Origin: an uncultured Legionellales bacterium
GTDB lineage: Bacteria > Pseudomonadota > Gammaproteobacteria > Eutrophobiales > Eutrophobiaceae
Direction of reading: 5' to 3'
Length of the DNA stretch: 64,000 nt
Assembly: GCA_913046215.1 (NCBI GenBank)
Contig: CAJWRJ010000001.1
Location: 8,897-72,896, forward strand
In this document: positions 39,363 to 52,583 of the stretch, piece after piece
How positions within the stretch are numbered: position 1 is the stretch's first letter
Layout: each line of letters begins with the position of its first letter
The notes under the pieces: model-generated
Database searches by the model: none
What the model saw: the letters and a program-made list of their open reading frames with translations, nothing else
What the model was told of the DNA's origin: nothing
Translations under genes and position numbers: made by a program

Positions 39363-39881
39363 GTGAGTCTTACTCTTGAAGCAAAAAAGGCGATAGTTGA
39401 TGAAGTTAATAGTATTGCTGCCGAAGCTCCTTCTGCAATAGCAGCCGAGTATATTGGTTTGACAGTGACGGAAATGACTGAGCTACGTAAAGCAGCACGT
39501 GAAGCGGGAGTGTATCTAAAAGTTGTACGTAATACACTCGCGAAACGTGCACTTGAAAATACTCAATTTGAGTGTATGCGTGAAAGTTTAGTCGGTCCGT
39601 TATTATTAGTTTTTTCAAATAATGAGCCTGGTAGTGCTGCTAAAGTTGTACGTGATTTTGCAAAAAGCAATGATAAATTAGCTGTTAAGCTTGTTTCTTT
39701 AAATGGAGATCTTCTAGAAACTTCAGATATTTCCAAACTTGCTAATTTGCCTTCACTTGAAGAGGCTCGAGCTATGTTACTTGGGTTACTTTCCTCACCA
39801 TTTACTAAATTCGTTCGTACAATATCGGAGCCTCCTCACAAGTTAGCGAGGGTGCTTGGTGCGCAACGAGATAAACAGTAA
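39363..39881 (+). CDS. rplJ: 50S ribosomal protein L10
   Basis: GTG start. MSLTLEAKKAIVDEV...TEMTELRKAAREAGVYLKVVRNTL aligns with E. coli L10. Confidence 0.93.
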   Translation: MSLTLEAKKAIVDEVNSIAAEAPSAIAAEYIGLTVTEMTELRKAAREAGVYLKVVRNTLAKRALENTQFECMRESLVGPLLLVFSNNEPGSAAKVVRDFAKSNDKLAVKLVSLNGDLLETSDISKLANLPSLEEARAMLLGLLSSPFTKFVRTISEPPHKLARVLGAQRDKQ

Positions 39882-39932
39882 ATATTACAGGAATTTAATA
39901 AATGCAAAGAGATTTATTGGAGGGTATTTAAA

Positions 39933-40316
39933 ATGACAGTTTCACGTGATGAAATAAAAGAGGCATTAGGAAAGATGCCAGTTCTTGATTTAGTCGAGTT
40001 AATTAAAGAACTTGAGGATGAGTGGGGTGTATCAGCCGCAGCTCCTGTTGCTGTTGCAGCTGCTCCTGCGGCAGGAGGTGAAGCCGCTGGGGCAGAAGAC
40101 GCGCAAACCGAATTTGATGTTATCTTGTCAAGTATGGGTGACAACAAAGTTGGTGTTATTAAAGCAGTTAGAGCTGTGACAGGTCTTGGGCTTAAAGAGG
40201 CAAAAGAACTTGTTGAAGGGGCGCCTTCGACCGTCAAAGAGGCGGCAAGTAAAGAAGAGGCAGAGGATATTAAAAAGCAGCTTGAAGAAGCTGGCGCATC
40301 AGCTGAACTAAAATAG
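39933..40316 (+). CDS. rplL: 50S ribosomal protein L7/L12
   Basis: Ala-rich hinge ([21 protein letters not shown]). C-terminal domain [24 protein letters not shown]. Confidence 0.96.
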   Translation: MTVSRDEIKEALGKMPVLDLVELIKELEDEWGVSAAAPVAVAAAPAAGGEAAGAEDAQTEFDVILSSMGDNKVGVIKAVRAVTGLGLKEAKELVEGAPSTVKEAASKEEAEDIKKQLEEAGASAELK

Positions 40317-40423
40317 TTTTAATTGTTGAAGCATAACAAATTAAAAAACATAAGAAGGTTCTTATCAGTGCCTGATGTTTTGCTGTGCCTGTTAATATCA
40401 AAGAATACTAACGAGGGAATTTA

Positions 40424-43400
40424 ATGACCTATTCATACACAGAAAAAAAACGTATCCGTAAAGATTTTGGCAAACGACCTAATATACTTGAAGTACCATA
40501 TTTGGTAGAGACTCAGCTCACATCCTTTGGTCAGTTTCTACAAGCTGATGCAAAACCGGAAGATAGAAAAGATAAAGGGTTGCAGGCTGCCTTTAAATCC
40601 GTTTTTCCAATTAAAAGTTTCTCAGGAAATGCTGCATTAGAGTACGTAAGTTACAAACTTGGTAATCCTGTTTTTGATGTTAAAGAATGTCAACTCAGAG
40701 GTTTAACTTATGCAGCATCACTAAGAGTTAGTGTTCGATTGATAATTTATGATAAGGAAGCCGGCCTTAGTAATGAAAAAATCAAAGAAGTGAAAGAGCA
40801 AGAAGTTTATATGGGCGAGATGCCTCTTATGACAAAAACAGGAACTTTTGTCATTAACGGCACTGAACGTGTAATAGTTTCTCAGATGCATCGTTCACCG
40901 GGCGTTTTCTTTGAGCATGATAAAGGTAAAACACATTCATCTGGTAAATTGCTTTATTCGGCAAGAGTCATTCCGTATCGCGGCTCTTGGTTGGATTTTG
41001 AGTTTGATGCAAAAGATCTAGTTTATTGTAGAATCGACAGGAGACGTAAAATTCACGCGACAATTCTGTTGCGTGCTCTAGGCTTCACAACAGAGGAAAT
41101 TCTAGATTTCTTTTTTGAGGCAGATACTTTTGAGATACCTAGTGATGGTGTAAAAGTTGTTGTTGACGAAGAAACTGATGAAATTGAATTCGGAGAAATT
41201 ACATTTAATTTTGTTCCAGAACGTTTACGCGGTCAAACTGCATCTTTCGAAATAAAAAATAAAAGAACTGTGCTTGTTGAAAAAGACAGACGTATTACAG
41301 CTAAGCATATAAAGGAAATTGAGAAGGCAGGATTAACATCCTTATCTATTCCCGCTGATTTCTTGATTGGAAAAGTGATAGCTAAAGATATAATTAATGA
41401 AGAAACTGGTGAAATTGAATACCACGCAAATCATGAAATTACCGAAGAAACGCTTGGAGGCATACTTAGCCTGCCAGGTAGAAAGATAGAAACAATTTAT
41501 ACAAATGATTTGGATCATGGCCCATATATCGCAGACACATTGAGAGATGATTCCACAACCAATCAATTAGAAGCACAGATTGAAATATATCGCATGATGC
41601 GTCCTGGAGAGCCGCCAACAAAGGAAGCTGCGGAAAATTTATTTAAAAATCTTTTTTTTAATCCAGATAGATATGACCTGTCTGCAGTAGGTAGAATGAA
41701 ATTCAATCGTAGGGTTGGATCTAAAGAGCTTACAGGAGAAGGTATTTTATCAAATCAGGATATTGTAGATGTATTAGGAGTTTTAATTGATATAAGAAAT
41801 GGTAAGGGAATAATCGATGACATCGATCATCTTGGTAATCGCCGTATTAGAAGTGTTGGTGAAATGGCAGAAAATCAATTTCGCGTTGGTCTTGTGAGAG
41901 TTGAGCGTGCCGTTAAAGATCGATTAAGTCTTGCCGAATCAGAGGGCTTGCTTCCACAAGAAATTATCAATGCAAAGCCTGTTGCTGCAGTAATTAAGGA
42001 ATTTTTTGGTTCAAGTCAACTATCTCAATTTATGGATCAAAATAATCCGTTATCGGAGATAACCCACAAGAGAAGAATTTCAGCCCTTGGACCTGGAGGA
42101 CTTACTAGAGAACGTGCTGGTTTTGAAGTTCGAGATGTGCATCCAACACATTATGGCCGTGTTTGTCCAATTGAGACGCCGGAAGGACCGAACATTGGGT
42201 TAATTAATTCTTTAGCAGTTTTTGCAAGAACAAATGAGTATGGTTTTCTCGAAACACCATACCGAAAAGTTAATAATGAAAAAGTAACTAATGAAATTGA
42301 ATTTTTATCTGCTATTGAGGAAGGCGATTTTATGATTGCGCAAGCAAGTGCAAACATTGATCAAAATGGTAAATTAATAGATGAACTTGTATCTTGTCGC
42401 TATAAAAACGAATTTACTATGTCAACGCCAGATCAAATTAACTATATGGATGTTTCGCCAAGACAAATAGTATCAGTAGCCGCATCTTTAATTCCATTTT
42501 TAGAGCATGATGATGCAAATCGAGCATTAATGGGCTCTAATATGCAAAGACAAGCTGTACCTACACTGCGTGCAGATAAGCCATTGGTCGGAACAGGCAT
42601 GGAAAGAAGGGTTGCTATTGACTCAGGTGTAACTGTTATTTCAGTTAGAGGCGGCCTTGTAGATTCAGTTGATGCTAGTAGGATTGTAGTACGTGTAAAT
42701 GACAATGAAACTCTTGAAGGTGAACCTGGTGTTGATATTTATAATTTAACAAAGTACACACGCTCCAATCAAAACACATGCATAAATCAAAAACCTTTGG
42801 TGAAGCCTGGAGATAAAATCGAAAAAGGCGATGTCCTGGCTGATGGCCCATCAACAGATATGGGTGAATTAGCATTAGGTCAGAATATGCTTGTGGCTTT
42901 TATGCCGTGGAATGGCTATAACTTTGAAGACTCTATCTTACTATCTGAGAGATTGGTAACAGAAGATCGTTATACAACAATTCATATTGAAGAGTTGCAG
43001 TGCGTTGCTCGTGATACAAAACTAGGTACGGAAGAAATCTCTTCAGATATACCAAATGTAAGCGAAAGCGCATTAAATAAGCTTGATGAATCAGGTATAG
43101 TTTTTATCGGCGCAGAGGTAAATGTTGGTGATATTTTGGTCGGTAAAGTAACTCCAAAAGGCGAGACGCAACTAACTCCAGAGGAAAAATTGTTAAGAGC
43201 TATTTTTGGGGAAAAAGCATCCGATGTTAAAGACACATCACTTCGTGTCCCATCAGGAATGAATGGTACGGTGATCGATGTTCAAGTTTTTACACGCGAC
43301 GGTGTAGAAAAAGATGCACGCGCTCTTGAAATTGAAGAGTCTGAGTTAAATAACATTAGAAAAGACTTAAATGATCAACTTAGAATAATGTCAGATGGAG

Positions 43401-44545
43401 TTTATCAGCGTATTGAGAAATTATTGATAGGAAAAGTTGTGGAAAAAACAATAGTTCCGATGAATGCAGGCGATAAAATTACTCAGGATCGATTAGCAGA
43501 AGTGCCTAGAGAAAAGTGGTTTGAAATAAATATTAAAAATGACGCGGTCAACAAACAACTTGAGCTAGCATCAGAACAACTTGAGATTTTGAAAAAAGAT
43601 TTCGATAGGCAATATAAAGAAAAGGAAGAGAAATTAACATCGGGTGATGATTTGGCTCCGGGTGTTCAAAAAATGGTTAAAGTTTATCTTGCAGTTAAGC
43701 GGCGTATTCAGCCTGGAGATAAAATTGCTGGTCGACATGGCAATAAAGGTGTTATTTCAACAATTGTCCCAGTTGAAGATATGCCATACATGGAAGACGG
43801 TACGCCTGTAGATGTTGTTCTAAATCCATTAGGCGTTCCCTCAAGAATGAATGTCGGCCAGGTTCTAGAAACTCATTTGGGGTGGGCAGCAAAAGGAGTT
43901 GGTCTCAAAATTGGGAAAATGCTGGAACAACACAGTCAAACTGAAGAAATAAGAAATTTTCTAGATAAAGTTTATAACCTTAGTGGAAAATCTGAAGATT
44001 TGAAATCATTATCAGACCAGGAAATCAAGGAATTGGCAACAAACCTAAAAGGAGGAGTGCCTTTAGCGACACCTGTATTTGATGGTGCCAGTGAGGATGA
44101 AATTAAACAGATGTTAAAACTAGCTGGATTGCCAGAGGACGGACAATCTTGGTTATGGGATGGTAGGACTGGTGACCGTTTCGATCGAAAAATTACAGTC
44201 GGTTATATGTACATGCTTAAATTGAATCATTTGATAGACGATAAGATGCATGCTCGCTCAACTGGACCATATAGTTTAGTAACTCAACAACCTCTTGGCG
44301 GCAAAGCTCAGTTTGGTGGTCAGCGTTTCGGTGAAATGGAGGTTTGGGCTCTTGAAGCTTATGGAGCCTCTTATACTTTACAGGAAATGTTAACTGTTAA
44401 ATCAGATGATGTGAGTGGACGGACCAAAATGTATAAAAATATTGTTGATGGAAATCATCATATGGAGGCAGGAATGCCAGAGTCATTTAATGTTCTCGTT
44501 AAAGAAATTCGATCTCTTGGAATTGATATTGAACTTGATACATGA
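40424..44545 (+). CDS. rpoB: DNA-directed RNA polymerase subunit beta
   Basis: 1373 aa. N-terminus [19 protein letters not shown]. Rifampicin-region and C-terminal conserved blocks ([26 protein letters not shown]). Confidence 0.98.
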   Translation: MTYSYTEKKRIRKDFGKRPNILEVPYLVETQLTSFGQFLQADAKPEDRKDKGLQAAFKSVFPIKSFSGNAALEYVSYKLGNPVFDVKECQLRGLTYAASLRVSVRLIIYDKEAGLSNEKIKEVKEQEVYMGEMPLMTKTGTFVINGTERVIVSQMHRSPGVFFEHDKGKTHSSGKLLYSARVIPYRGSWLDFEFDAKDLVYCRIDRRRKIHATILLRALGFTTEEILDFFFEADTFEIPSDGVKVVVDEETDEIEFGEITFNFVPERLRGQTASFEIKNKRTVLVEKDRRITAKHIKEIEKAGLTSLSIPADFLIGKVIAKDIINEETGEIEYHANHEITEETLGGILSLPGRKIETIYTNDLDHGPYIADTLRDDSTTNQLEAQIEIYRMMRPGEPPTKEAAENLFKNLFFNPDRYDLSAVGRMKFNRRVGSKELTGEGILSNQDIVDVLGVLIDIRNGKGIIDDIDHLGNRRIRSVGEMAENQFRVGLVRVERAVKDRLSLAESEGLLPQEIINAKPVAAVIKEFFGSSQLSQFMDQNNPLSEITHKRRISALGPGGLTRERAGFEVRDVHPTHYGRVCPIETPEGPNIGLINSLAVFARTNEYGFLETPYRKVNNEKVTNEIEFLSAIEEGDFMIAQASANIDQNGKLIDELVSCRYKNEFTMSTPDQINYMDVSPRQIVSVAASLIPFLEHDDANRALMGSNMQRQAVPTLRADKPLVGTGMERRVAIDSGVTVISVRGGLVDSVDASRIVVRVNDNETLEGEPGVDIYNLTKYTRSNQNTCINQKPLVKPGDKIEKGDVLADGPSTDMGELALGQNMLVAFMPWNGYNFEDSILLSERLVTEDRYTTIHIEELQCVARDTKLGTEEISSDIPNVSESALNKLDESGIVFIGAEVNVGDILVGKVTPKGETQLTPEEKLLRAIFGEKASDVKDTSLRVPSGMNGTVIDVQVFTRDGVEKDARALEIEESELNNIRKDLNDQLRIMSDGVYQRIEKLLIGKVVEKTIVPMNAGDKITQDRLAEVPREKWFEINIKNDAVNKQLELASEQLEILKKDFDRQYKEKEEKLTSGDDLAPGVQKMVKVYLAVKRRIQPGDKIAGRHGNKGVISTIVPVEDMPYMEDGTPVDVVLNPLGVPSRMNVGQVLETHLGWAAKGVGLKIGKMLEQHSQTEEIRNFLDKVYNLSGKSEDLKSLSDQEIKELATNLKGGVPLATPVFDGASEDEIKQMLKLAGLPEDGQSWLWDGRTGDRFDRKITVGYMYMLKLNHLIDDKMHARSTGPYSLVTQQPLGGKAQFGGQRFGEMEVWALEAYGASYTLQEMLTVKSDDVSGRTKMYKNIVDGNHHMEAGMPESFNVLVKEIRSLGIDIELDT

Positions 44546-44637
44546 TTAATGGCATTGGCCGGTGTTACATAGAATTTAATAATTTATTGATTTTATTTTT
44601 TTGTTAAATACAAAAAAAATTATTTAGGAGGTAACCC

Positions 44638-47600
44638 TTGAAGGACTTACTTAAGCTTTTAAAGCAACAAGGACAAATTGAAGAATTCGATGCAATAACT
44701 ATCGGATTAGCTTCCCCTGAAAAAATTCGTTCGTGGTCTTTCGGAGAAGTAAAAAAACCTGAAACAATTAACTATAGAACTTTTAAACCAGAAAGGGATG
44801 GTCTTTTTTGCGCTAAGATTTTTGGTCCAATCAAAGATTATGAGTGTCTTTGTGGTAAATATAAGAGATTAAAGCACAGAGGGGTAGTGTGTGAAAAATG
44901 TGGTGTCGAGGTAACTCTATCTAAAGTTAGACGCGAACGTATGGGGCATATTGAACTGGCGACACCGATTGCTCATATTTGGTATTTAAAATCTTTACCA
45001 TCCAGAATGGGATTAATGCTTGATATGACATTACGTGAAATTGAAAGGATTCTGTATTTCGAAGCCTATGTCGTTGTTGAGCCTGGAATGACTGATCTTG
45101 AGCGTGGTCAAATGCTAACTGAAGAAAATTATCTTGAGGCGCTAGAAAATTATGGAGATGATTTCGAGGCCAAAATGGGTGCCGAAGCAATTCGTGAATT
45201 GCTTTTATCTATTGATTTAGAGACCGAGGTGCAGGACCTAAGAGAAGAAATTCCAAATACAAATTCAGAGACAAAATTACGAAAATTAACTAAGAGATTA
45301 AAATTACTAGAAGCATTTATGAATTCCGGTAATAAACCAGAGTGGATGGTGATGAAAGTTTTACCAGTGTTGCCACCGGAATTACGGCCTTTAGTACCGT
45401 TAGATGGGGGTCGCTTTGCTACTTCGGATCTAAATGATTTGTATAGACGCGTTATCAATAGAAATAATCGCTTAAAACGTTTACTAGATTTGAATGCTCC
45501 CGACATTATAGTCCGTAATGAAAAACGTATGTTACAAGAGTCTGTAGATGCATTGCTTGATAATGGTAGACGTGGCCGAGCTATTACTGGTACAAACAAA
45601 CTTCCTTTAAAGTCACTTGCCGATATGATCAAAGGTAAGCAAGGACGCTTTAGACAAAATTTATTAGGGAAAAGAGTCGATTACTCGGGTCGTTCCGTAA
45701 TTGTAGTTGGTCCTACATTACGTTTACATCAATGCGGCATACCAAAAAAAATGGCGTTAGAATTATTTAAACCATTTATATTTAGCAAACTAGAAAGACG
45801 TGGTTTAGCTACAACTATCAAGGCTGCAAAAAAATTGGTCGAAAGAGAAGGCCCCGAAGTATGGGATGTTTTGGAAGATGTAATTCGTGAGCACCCGGTT
45901 ATGTTAAATCGTGCTCCAACTTTACATAGGCTTGGAATTCAGGCTTTTGAGCCGGTTTTAATTGAAGGGAAAGCCATACAACTTCATCCATTAGTTTGCA
46001 CAGCTTTTAACGCAGATTTTGACGGAGATCAAATGGCTGTCCATGTTCCATTATCTATTGAAGCTCAGCTTGAAGCTAGAACACTTATGATGTCAACAAA
46101 TAATATTCTATCACCAGCTAATGGTGAGCCTATTATTACTCCAACACAGGATGTTGTTTTGGGATTATATTATTTAACACGTGAGTCTAGCAGAGCAAAA
46201 GGAACAGGTATGAAGTTTGCTGATATAAATGAAGTAGAACGAGCATATCAGTCTCATCCATCTGTACTTGAATTACATGCAAAGATTCAGGTACGTATTC
46301 GCGAAGAAAAAACAGATGAAAACGACGAGAAGGAAATTGTTTACACGCGTTATGAAACTACTGCTGGTCGTGCATTACTCTCGCGAATTTTACCTAAAGG
46401 ATTATCTTTTAATATTATCAATGAAAAAGATGATAGCGGGAAATTTAAACCTCTAGATAAGAAATCAATTTCACAATTGGTTAATACTTGCTATAGAAGA
46501 CTAGGTTTAAAAGAAGCTGTGATTTTCTCTGATAAATTAATGTACACAGGATTTAAATATTCATCATATGCTGGAGTTTCAATTGGCGTTGAAGATATGG
46601 TAGTTCCTGATAATAAAAGCAATATTATTTCCAAAGCTGAAGAAGAAGTTAAGAACTTTCAAGAACAATATTCATCCGGATTAATAACAGATGGCGAACG
46701 TTATAATAAAGTTGTTGATATATGGTCACAAACAAATGATACGGTTGCAAAAGCAATGATGGATAAAATAGGCGAGGAGACCTATTTAGATGATGAGGGT
46801 TTGGAGAAGAAAGAGACTTCTGGAAATTCAATTTACATGATGGCAGATTCCGGTGCTCGTGGTTCCGCAGCACAGATAAGGCAATTAGCTGGAATGCGTG
46901 GGCTTATGGCGAAACCAGATGGCTCTATTATTGAAACACCAATAACAGCTAACTTTCGAGAAGGACTTGATGTTTTGCAATATTTTATTTCAACTCATGG
47001 AGCACGAAAAGGACTTGCTGATACTGCCCTTAAAACAGCCAATTCTGGTTATCTAACCCGTCGTTTAGTTGATGTTGCTCAAGATTTGGTTGTAACAGAG
47101 GAAGACTGCGGCACAACCGAAGGATTAAGTATGAGTCCAATTATTGAGGGTGGGGACGTAATCGAAACCCTTAGGGAAAGAGTTTTGGGAAGAGTATTAG
47201 CAAAAAATGCGGTCACTAGAGATGAGGAGGTTGTTGCTAATGCTGGAACCTTGATTGATGAGGAGCTAGTTGACGAATTTGATAAAAAAGGTATTGATCA
47301 TGTTCTTGTTCGTTCAGCTATAACTTGTGAAACTAGATATGGTATATGTCGCAAATGTTATGGTCGAGATTTAGGTCGTGGACACCTAGTGAATATTGGG
47401 GAGGCAGTTGGAGTTATTGCAGCACAATCAATTGGTGAACCAGGAACACAATTGACGATGCGTACGTTTCATATTGGTGGCGCAGCATCTCGTGCAGCTG
47501 CAGTAAGTAGTATCGAGGTAAAAAATAATGGAATCATTAGTTTGCAAAATGTAAAAATATTAGAGCAAAAAGAGAGTGGAAACAGTATCGTTAATTCACG

Positions 47601-48897
47601 TTCAGGTGAAGTTGCAATTCTAGATGATGCAGGAAGAGAACGAGAGCGATATAAAATTCCATATGGTGCGGTATTAACCGTAAATAATGATGCAAAAGTT
47701 GAATCTGGACAACAAATTGCTTCATGGGACCCTCATACACACCCAGTCATATCCGAAGTTGATGGAGTTGTTTTGTTCTCTGATATTGAAGAAGCAGTAA
47801 CAGTCACACGTTACACAGATGAGATCACTGGGTTAACAGATACTGTTATTATGGATCCCAAACAAAGGCCTATTAATGCAAAAGATATGCGTCCTATAGT
47901 TAAGCTTGTAGATGCCAAGGGGAATGATTTGAAAATTCCCGGAACTGATCATGAAGCACATTATTTGTTACCTCCAAAGGCAATCATTAATGTTAGCAAT
48001 AAAGATAAAATTAATATCGGCGATGTAATTGCACGAATTCCACAAGAATCTTCAAAAACCAGAGACATAACCGGCGGTCTTCCGAGAGTAGCGGATTTGT
48101 TTGAAGCTCGAAAACCTAAGGAGCCAGCTGTTCTAGCAGAAATTAGCGGAACAATTAGTTACGGTAAGGAAACAAAAGGTAAAGAACGAATAGTAATAAC
48201 CGGTCAAGATGAGGAAGTTCACGAAGAATTAATTCCTAAGTGGAGACATATTAGCGTGTTTGAAGGCGAGCATGTAGAAAAAGGTGAAAGCATAGTTGAT
48301 GGGCCACCTGCACCACATGACATTTTGAAGCTTAAAGGAGTAAAAGCTTTGTCTAACTTTATAAGCAGTGAAATTCAAGATGTTTATCGTCTGCAAGGCG
48401 TTAAGATAAATGATAAGCATATCGAAATCATTGTTAGACAAATGCTTCGAAAGGCAGAAATAGCAGAATCGGGAGATAGTACTTTTCTAAAAGGTGAGCA
48501 ATTAGAGCGCACAAGGGTTTTGGAGGAAAATGAAAGACTTCAGGCAGATGGAAAAGAACCAGCAAAGTGGGATCCCATATTACTGGGCATTACCAAGGCT
48601 TCATTATTAACTGAATCATTTATTTCAGCAGCATCATTTCAGGAAACAACTAGAGTTCTGACCGAGGCTAGTGTTAATGGCAAACGTGACCAATTACGAG
48701 GTTTAAAGGAGAATGTAATAGTTGGGCGTCTGATACCGGCAGGTTCTGGACTCGCTCATCATGCAGAAATGCATGAAAAGCAGGCTCTTGAAGAGGAAGA
48801 ATCAGAAGATTCAGCGGAAAATTTAGACTCTTTAGAGATTGAAATAGGGCCAACTGAATCAGATAACGAATCTGCGGAGGGCATAAATACGACTTAA
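44638..48897 (+). CDS. rpoC: DNA-directed RNA polymerase subunit beta'
   Basis: 1419 aa. N-terminus MKDLLK conserved, read from a TTG start with RBS AGGAGG 8 nt upstream. Zn finger CLCGKYK...CEKCGVEV. Active-site motif NADFDGDQM. Confidence 0.97.
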   Translation: MKDLLKLLKQQGQIEEFDAITIGLASPEKIRSWSFGEVKKPETINYRTFKPERDGLFCAKIFGPIKDYECLCGKYKRLKHRGVVCEKCGVEVTLSKVRRERMGHIELATPIAHIWYLKSLPSRMGLMLDMTLREIERILYFEAYVVVEPGMTDLERGQMLTEENYLEALENYGDDFEAKMGAEAIRELLLSIDLETEVQDLREEIPNTNSETKLRKLTKRLKLLEAFMNSGNKPEWMVMKVLPVLPPELRPLVPLDGGRFATSDLNDLYRRVINRNNRLKRLLDLNAPDIIVRNEKRMLQESVDALLDNGRRGRAITGTNKLPLKSLADMIKGKQGRFRQNLLGKRVDYSGRSVIVVGPTLRLHQCGIPKKMALELFKPFIFSKLERRGLATTIKAAKKLVEREGPEVWDVLEDVIREHPVMLNRAPTLHRLGIQAFEPVLIEGKAIQLHPLVCTAFNADFDGDQMAVHVPLSIEAQLEARTLMMSTNNILSPANGEPIITPTQDVVLGLYYLTRESSRAKGTGMKFADINEVERAYQSHPSVLELHAKIQVRIREEKTDENDEKEIVYTRYETTAGRALLSRILPKGLSFNIINEKDDSGKFKPLDKKSISQLVNTCYRRLGLKEAVIFSDKLMYTGFKYSSYAGVSIGVEDMVVPDNKSNIISKAEEEVKNFQEQYSSGLITDGERYNKVVDIWSQTNDTVAKAMMDKIGEETYLDDEGLEKKETSGNSIYMMADSGARGSAAQIRQLAGMRGLMAKPDGSIIETPITANFREGLDVLQYFISTHGARKGLADTALKTANSGYLTRRLVDVAQDLVVTEEDCGTTEGLSMSPIIEGGDVIETLRERVLGRVLAKNAVTRDEEVVANAGTLIDEELVDEFDKKGIDHVLVRSAITCETRYGICRKCYGRDLGRGHLVNIGEAVGVIAAQSIGEPGTQLTMRTFHIGGAASRAAAVSSIEVKNNGIISLQNVKILEQKESGNSIVNSRSGEVAILDDAGRERERYKIPYGAVLTVNNDAKVESGQQIASWDPHTHPVISEVDGVVLFSDIEEAVTVTRYTDEITGLTDTVIMDPKQRPINAKDMRPIVKLVDAKGNDLKIPGTDHEAHYLLPPKAIINVSNKDKINIGDVIARIPQESSKTRDITGGLPRVADLFEARKPKEPAVLAEISGTISYGKETKGKERIVITGQDEEVHEELIPKWRHISVFEGEHVEKGESIVDGPPAPHDILKLKGVKALSNFISSEIQDVYRLQGVKINDKHIEIIVRQMLRKAEIAESGDSTFLKGEQLERTRVLEENERLQADGKEPAKWDPILLGITKASLLTESFISAASFQETTRVLTEASVNGKRDQLRGLKENVIVGRLIPAGSGLAHHAEMHEKQALEEEESEDSAENLDSLEIEIGPTESDNESAEGINTT

Positions 48898-48919
48898 TAT
48901 TGTTAAGTATTTAATCCTC

Positions 48920-48949
48920 TTGACATTATAGTTAGCGAAGACATAAAAT
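48920..48949 (+). promoter_or_regulatory. candidate sigma70 promoter in the rpoC-rpsL spacer (TTGACA, 18 nt spacer, TAAAAT)
   Basis: Perfect -35 TTGACA at 48920-48925 and -10-like TAAAAT at 48944-48949. A hairpin follows downstream, so the role is uncertain. Confidence 0.3.
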
Positions 48950-48960
48950 CTCGCCTCTTC

Positions 48961-49000
48961 AACAGACAAGGATCTGTTTCCTAGTCTGTTGTTTTGCTTT
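48961..49000 (+). terminator. stem-loop plus U-rich tract downstream of rpoC (possible rpoBC terminator or attenuator)
   Basis: AACAGAC (48961-67) pairs with GTCTGTT (48984-90), followed by GTTTTGCTTT. The loop is 16 nt, so this is a weak intrinsic terminator at best. Confidence 0.3.
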
Positions 49001-49186
49001 AAGTACTTGAAAAATAACAATTTTTTTAAAAAATTGTATACAAGCCAGACTTGTACCTCAGGGATATCCGAAGAATTTTCGACGTATGTCCGCACTGATA
49101 TTACAAAGCATACATATATATGTATGTTCAGTTCGGATAAACGAGGTAGTCTGCGCGTTTAATAAATTGATATATATAGGTTTTTT

Positions 49187-49561
49187 ATGACAACTATAAA
49201 CCAATTAGTTCGAAAACCACGGAAACGGCAACATGCAAAAAGTAATGTTCCCGCTTTGGATGCTTGTCCTCAAAAACGTGGCGTATGTACCCGTGTTTAT
49301 ACAACAACACCTAAGAAACCAAACTCTGCATTAAGGAAAGTAGCGCGTGTCAGGCTCACGAATGGACAAGAAGTAACAACATATATTGGTGGTGAAGGAC
49401 ATAATCTCCAAGAACACTCTGTAATTATGATAAGAGGTGGTCGTGTAAAGGATTTACCAGGTGTTCGTTACCATACAGTTCGAGGAACTCTCGATACATC
49501 AGGTGTTAGCGATAGACGGCGTGGTAGGTCGAAATATGGCGCAAAGAAACCGAAATCATAA
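49187..49561 (+). CDS. rpsL: 30S ribosomal protein S12
   Basis: N-terminus [12 protein letters not shown]; motif [18 protein letters not shown]. 124 aa. Confidence 0.97.
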   Translation: MTTINQLVRKPRKRQHAKSNVPALDACPQKRGVCTRVYTTTPKKPNSALRKVARVRLTNGQEVTTYIGGEGHNLQEHSVIMIRGGRVKDLPGVRYHTVRGTLDTSGVSDRRRGRSKYGAKKPKS

Positions 49562-49619
49562 GTGGTCGGGTAATAAACAATAGTATTACAAGAAATATAA
49601 AACAGGATTAACTTACAAA

Positions 49620-50090
49620 ATGTCAAGAAGAAGAGTTGCTGAAAAAACAACAATACTTCCAGATCCGAAATACGGAGATATGGTTTTGGCAAAATTTATA
49701 AATATAATCATGCGAAGCGGCAAGAAATCAATAGCTGAAAAAATTGTATACGGCGCACTTAATGAAATTAATAATAAAGGTAATTCGGAGCCACTCGAAA
49801 TTTTTAATAAGGCACTTGAAAATATAAGACCAGTTGTTGAAGTAAAATCACGTCGTGTAGGTGGAGCAACTTATCAGATTCCTGTTGAAGTAAAAACATC
49901 AAGAAGTATGACATTGGCAATGCGCTGGGTTGTTGATGCTGCAAAAAATCGTAATGAAAAAGATATGGGGTCGCGTTTAGCTGGAGAATTAATGGATGCC
50001 TCAGAAAATCGCGGTACAGCAATAAAAAAACGTGAAGATACTCATCGAATGGCAGAAGCTAACAAAGCATTTTCACATTATCGTTGGTAA
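49620..50090 (+). CDS. rpsG: 30S ribosomal protein S7
   Basis: N-terminus [19 protein letters not shown]. 156 aa. Confidence 0.97.
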   Translation: MSRRRVAEKTTILPDPKYGDMVLAKFINIIMRSGKKSIAEKIVYGALNEINNKGNSEPLEIFNKALENIRPVVEVKSRRVGGATYQIPVEVKTSRSMTLAMRWVVDAAKNRNEKDMGSRLAGELMDASENRGTAIKKREDTHRMAEANKAFSHYRW

Positions 50091-50119
50091 ACGGAAAATT
50101 AAATAAAAAAGCTAGCATC

Positions 50120-52219
50120 ATGGTAAGAAACACAACAATTGAACACTACAGGAATATCGGAATTATGGCTCACATTGATGCTGGCAAGACAACCACAACA
50201 GAGCGAGTATTATTTTATACAGGTGTTTCACATAAGATTGGTGAAGTTCATGATGGTGCTGCAACAATGGATTGGATGGAACAGGAGCAAGAAAGAGGAA
50301 TCACAATAACATCTGCAGCAACAACCTGTTTTTGGAAGGGGACGGCATCACAGTTTCCGGAACATCGTATAAATATTATTGATACTCCAGGACATGTTGA
50401 TTTCACGATAGAAGTCGAACGTTCGTTGCGTGTGTTGGATGGAACCTGTGCAGTATTTTGTGCTGTTGGTGGAGTTGAACCTCAATCTGAAACCGTTTGG
50501 CGTCAAGCAAATAAGTATTCAGTACCACGAATTGCTTTTGTTAACAAAATGGATCGTGCCGGAGCTAATTTTTTAAGAGTTGTTGGGCAGATTAAAGATC
50601 GTCTTAATTCGAATGCTGTCACTATGCAATTGCCAATTGGCGCTGAAGAAAAATTTGAGGGTGTTATAGATCTTGTAAAAATGAAAGCGATTTATTGGGA
50701 AGAAGAAAATATGGGAATTAAATTTGAAGAAAAAGATATTCCCGAAAAGATGAAAGATACTGCAGAAGAACATCACGAAAATATCATAGAGACAGCAGCA
50801 GAAGCAAATGAAGTATTAATGGAAGCATACTTAGAAATCGGCGGTTTAACTGAAGAACAAATCAAAGAAGGAATAAGACAGCAAACATTAGCAAATGAGA
50901 TTGTTCCAGTATTTTGTGGTTCCGCATTTAAAAACAAAGGTATCCAAACAATGCTTGATGCAATAATTGAGTATCTCCCATCCCCAGTTGATGTTCCTCC
51001 AATTAAGGGAATTCTAAACGACAAAAACGAATCAGAGGGAGAAAGAAAATCATCGGATGATGATCCATTTGCAGCATTAGCTTTTAAAATAGCAACCGAT
51101 CCTTTCGTTGGAACTTTGACATTTTTCAGGGTTTATTCGGGAGTGCTCAAGTCTGGAGATACAGTTTACAATCCAGTAAAAGCAAAAAAAGAGAGAGTGG
51201 GTAGAATTTTACAGATGCATGCAAATAGTCGCGAGGAGTTAAAGGAAGTTCGTGCCGGAGATATAGCTGCAGCAGTTGGATTAAAGGATATTGTGACAGG
51301 CGATACACTGTGTGATCAAAATAATATTATTACATTAGAAAGAATGGAGTTTCCTGATCCTGTTATATCTGTTGCTGTTGAGCCAAAAACTAAACCCGAT
51401 CAAGAAAAAATGGGAATAGCATTAGGTAAATTAGCACAAGAGGATCCATCTTTTAGAGTTCACACAGATGAAGAATCAGGACAAACTATTATTTCTGGAA
51501 TGGGTGAGCTACATCTTGAAATTATTGTTGATCGTTTAAAGCGCGAGTTTAAAGTTGAAGCTAATGTCGGGAAGCCTCAAGTCGCATATAGAGAAACTAT
51601 CAGAAAAACACTTGAAAAAGTCGAAGGTAAGTTTGTTAGACAATCTGGTGGAAGAGGTCAATATGGTCACGTTGTATTCAAAATTGAACCAAGGAATCCT
51701 GGAGAGGGTTTTGAATTTGTAAATGAAATTGTAGGGGGTGTTATTCCAAAAGAATATATTCCCGCAGTAGAAAAAGGTGTTGTTGAGCAAATGGAAAATG
51801 GAATTATTGCTGGATTTCCTGTAGTTGATGTAAGAGTTACTTTACATGACGGTTCTTACCATGATGTAGATTCAAGTGAAATGGCATTTAAGATAGCCGG
51901 ATCGATGGGTTTTAAAGAAGGAGCCAGTAAAGCAAAACCCGTTTTACTAGAACCAGTTATGAAAGTCGAAATTGTAACGCCTGAAGAGTATTTAGGAACA
52001 GTTAATGGAGATTTAAATAGGCGACGTGGAATTTTGCAAGGTACAGAAGAAACTCCAGCAGGCAAAGTAATACGTGCCGAAGTACCACTTAGTGAGATGT
52101 TTGGATATGCAACAGATCTTCGTTCGGCAACACAAGGTCGAGCAGTCTACACAATGGAATTTGAAAAATATAATGAAGTGCCCGCAAATATTGCTGAAAG
52201 TATTACAAGTAAAAACTAA
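50120..52219 (+). CDS. fusA: elongation factor G
   Basis: ATG at 50120 gives [25 protein letters not shown], matching the E. coli EF-G N-terminus. The ORF track extends to a TTG at 50084, which would overlap rpsG. Confidence 0.95.
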   Translation: MVRNTTIEHYRNIGIMAHIDAGKTTTTERVLFYTGVSHKIGEVHDGAATMDWMEQEQERGITITSAATTCFWKGTASQFPEHRINIIDTPGHVDFTIEVERSLRVLDGTCAVFCAVGGVEPQSETVWRQANKYSVPRIAFVNKMDRAGANFLRVVGQIKDRLNSNAVTMQLPIGAEEKFEGVIDLVKMKAIYWEEENMGIKFEEKDIPEKMKDTAEEHHENIIETAAEANEVLMEAYLEIGGLTEEQIKEGIRQQTLANEIVPVFCGSAFKNKGIQTMLDAIIEYLPSPVDVPPIKGILNDKNESEGERKSSDDDPFAALAFKIATDPFVGTLTFFRVYSGVLKSGDTVYNPVKAKKERVGRILQMHANSREELKEVRAGDIAAAVGLKDIVTGDTLCDQNNIITLERMEFPDPVISVAVEPKTKPDQEKMGIALGKLAQEDPSFRVHTDEESGQTIISGMGELHLEIIVDRLKREFKVEANVGKPQVAYRETIRKTLEKVEGKFVRQSGGRGQYGHVVFKIEPRNPGEGFEFVNEIVGGVIPKEYIPAVEKGVVEQMENGIIAGFPVVDVRVTLHDGSYHDVDSSEMAFKIAGSMGFKEGASKAKPVLLEPVMKVEIVTPEEYLGTVNGDLNRRRGILQGTEETPAGKVIRAEVPLSEMFGYATDLRSATQGRAVYTMEFEKYNEVPANIAESITSKN

Positions 52220-52251
52220 ACAATTAACATAAAAATATCCGAGAATTAAAA

Positions 52252-52566
52252 ATGGCCGAACAACAAAGAATTAGAATACGTCTCAAAGCATTTGATCATC
52301 GTTTGATAGATCAGTCTACAAAGGAGATTGTCGAAACGGCTCAGCGAACTGGTGCTCAGATAAAGGGTCCAATTCCACTACCAACAAAAAAAGAACGTTT
52401 TACCGTTTTAATATCGCCACATGTTAATAAGGATGCCCGTGATCAGTATGAGATTCGAACACATAAACGACTAATGGATATCATAAATCCGACAGATAAA
52501 ACTGTAGACGCATTAATGAAACTTGATTTAGCTGCTGGTGTTGATGTTCAAATTAAACTTAATTAG
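52252..52566 (+). CDS. rpsJ: 30S ribosomal protein S10
   Basis: N-terminus [22 protein letters not shown]. 104 aa. Confidence 0.97.
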   Translation: MAEQQRIRIRLKAFDHRLIDQSTKEIVETAQRTGAQIKGPIPLPTKKERFTVLISPHVNKDARDQYEIRTHKRLMDIINPTDKTVDALMKLDLAAGVDVQIKLN

Positions 52567-52583
52567 AAAAATAAATTGAAAAT

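Noticed and set aside
46268-46456. 62-aa plus-strand ORF inside rpoC (different frame).
   Set aside because: It is internal to the beta' coding sequence in another frame. Low-complexity translation, no support.
50084-50119. N-terminal extension of fusA ([12 protein letters not shown]) from a TTG at 50084, as given in the ORF track.
   Set aside because: The ATG at 50120 reproduces the conserved EF-G N-terminus. The longer form would overlap the rpsG stop and adds non-conserved residues.
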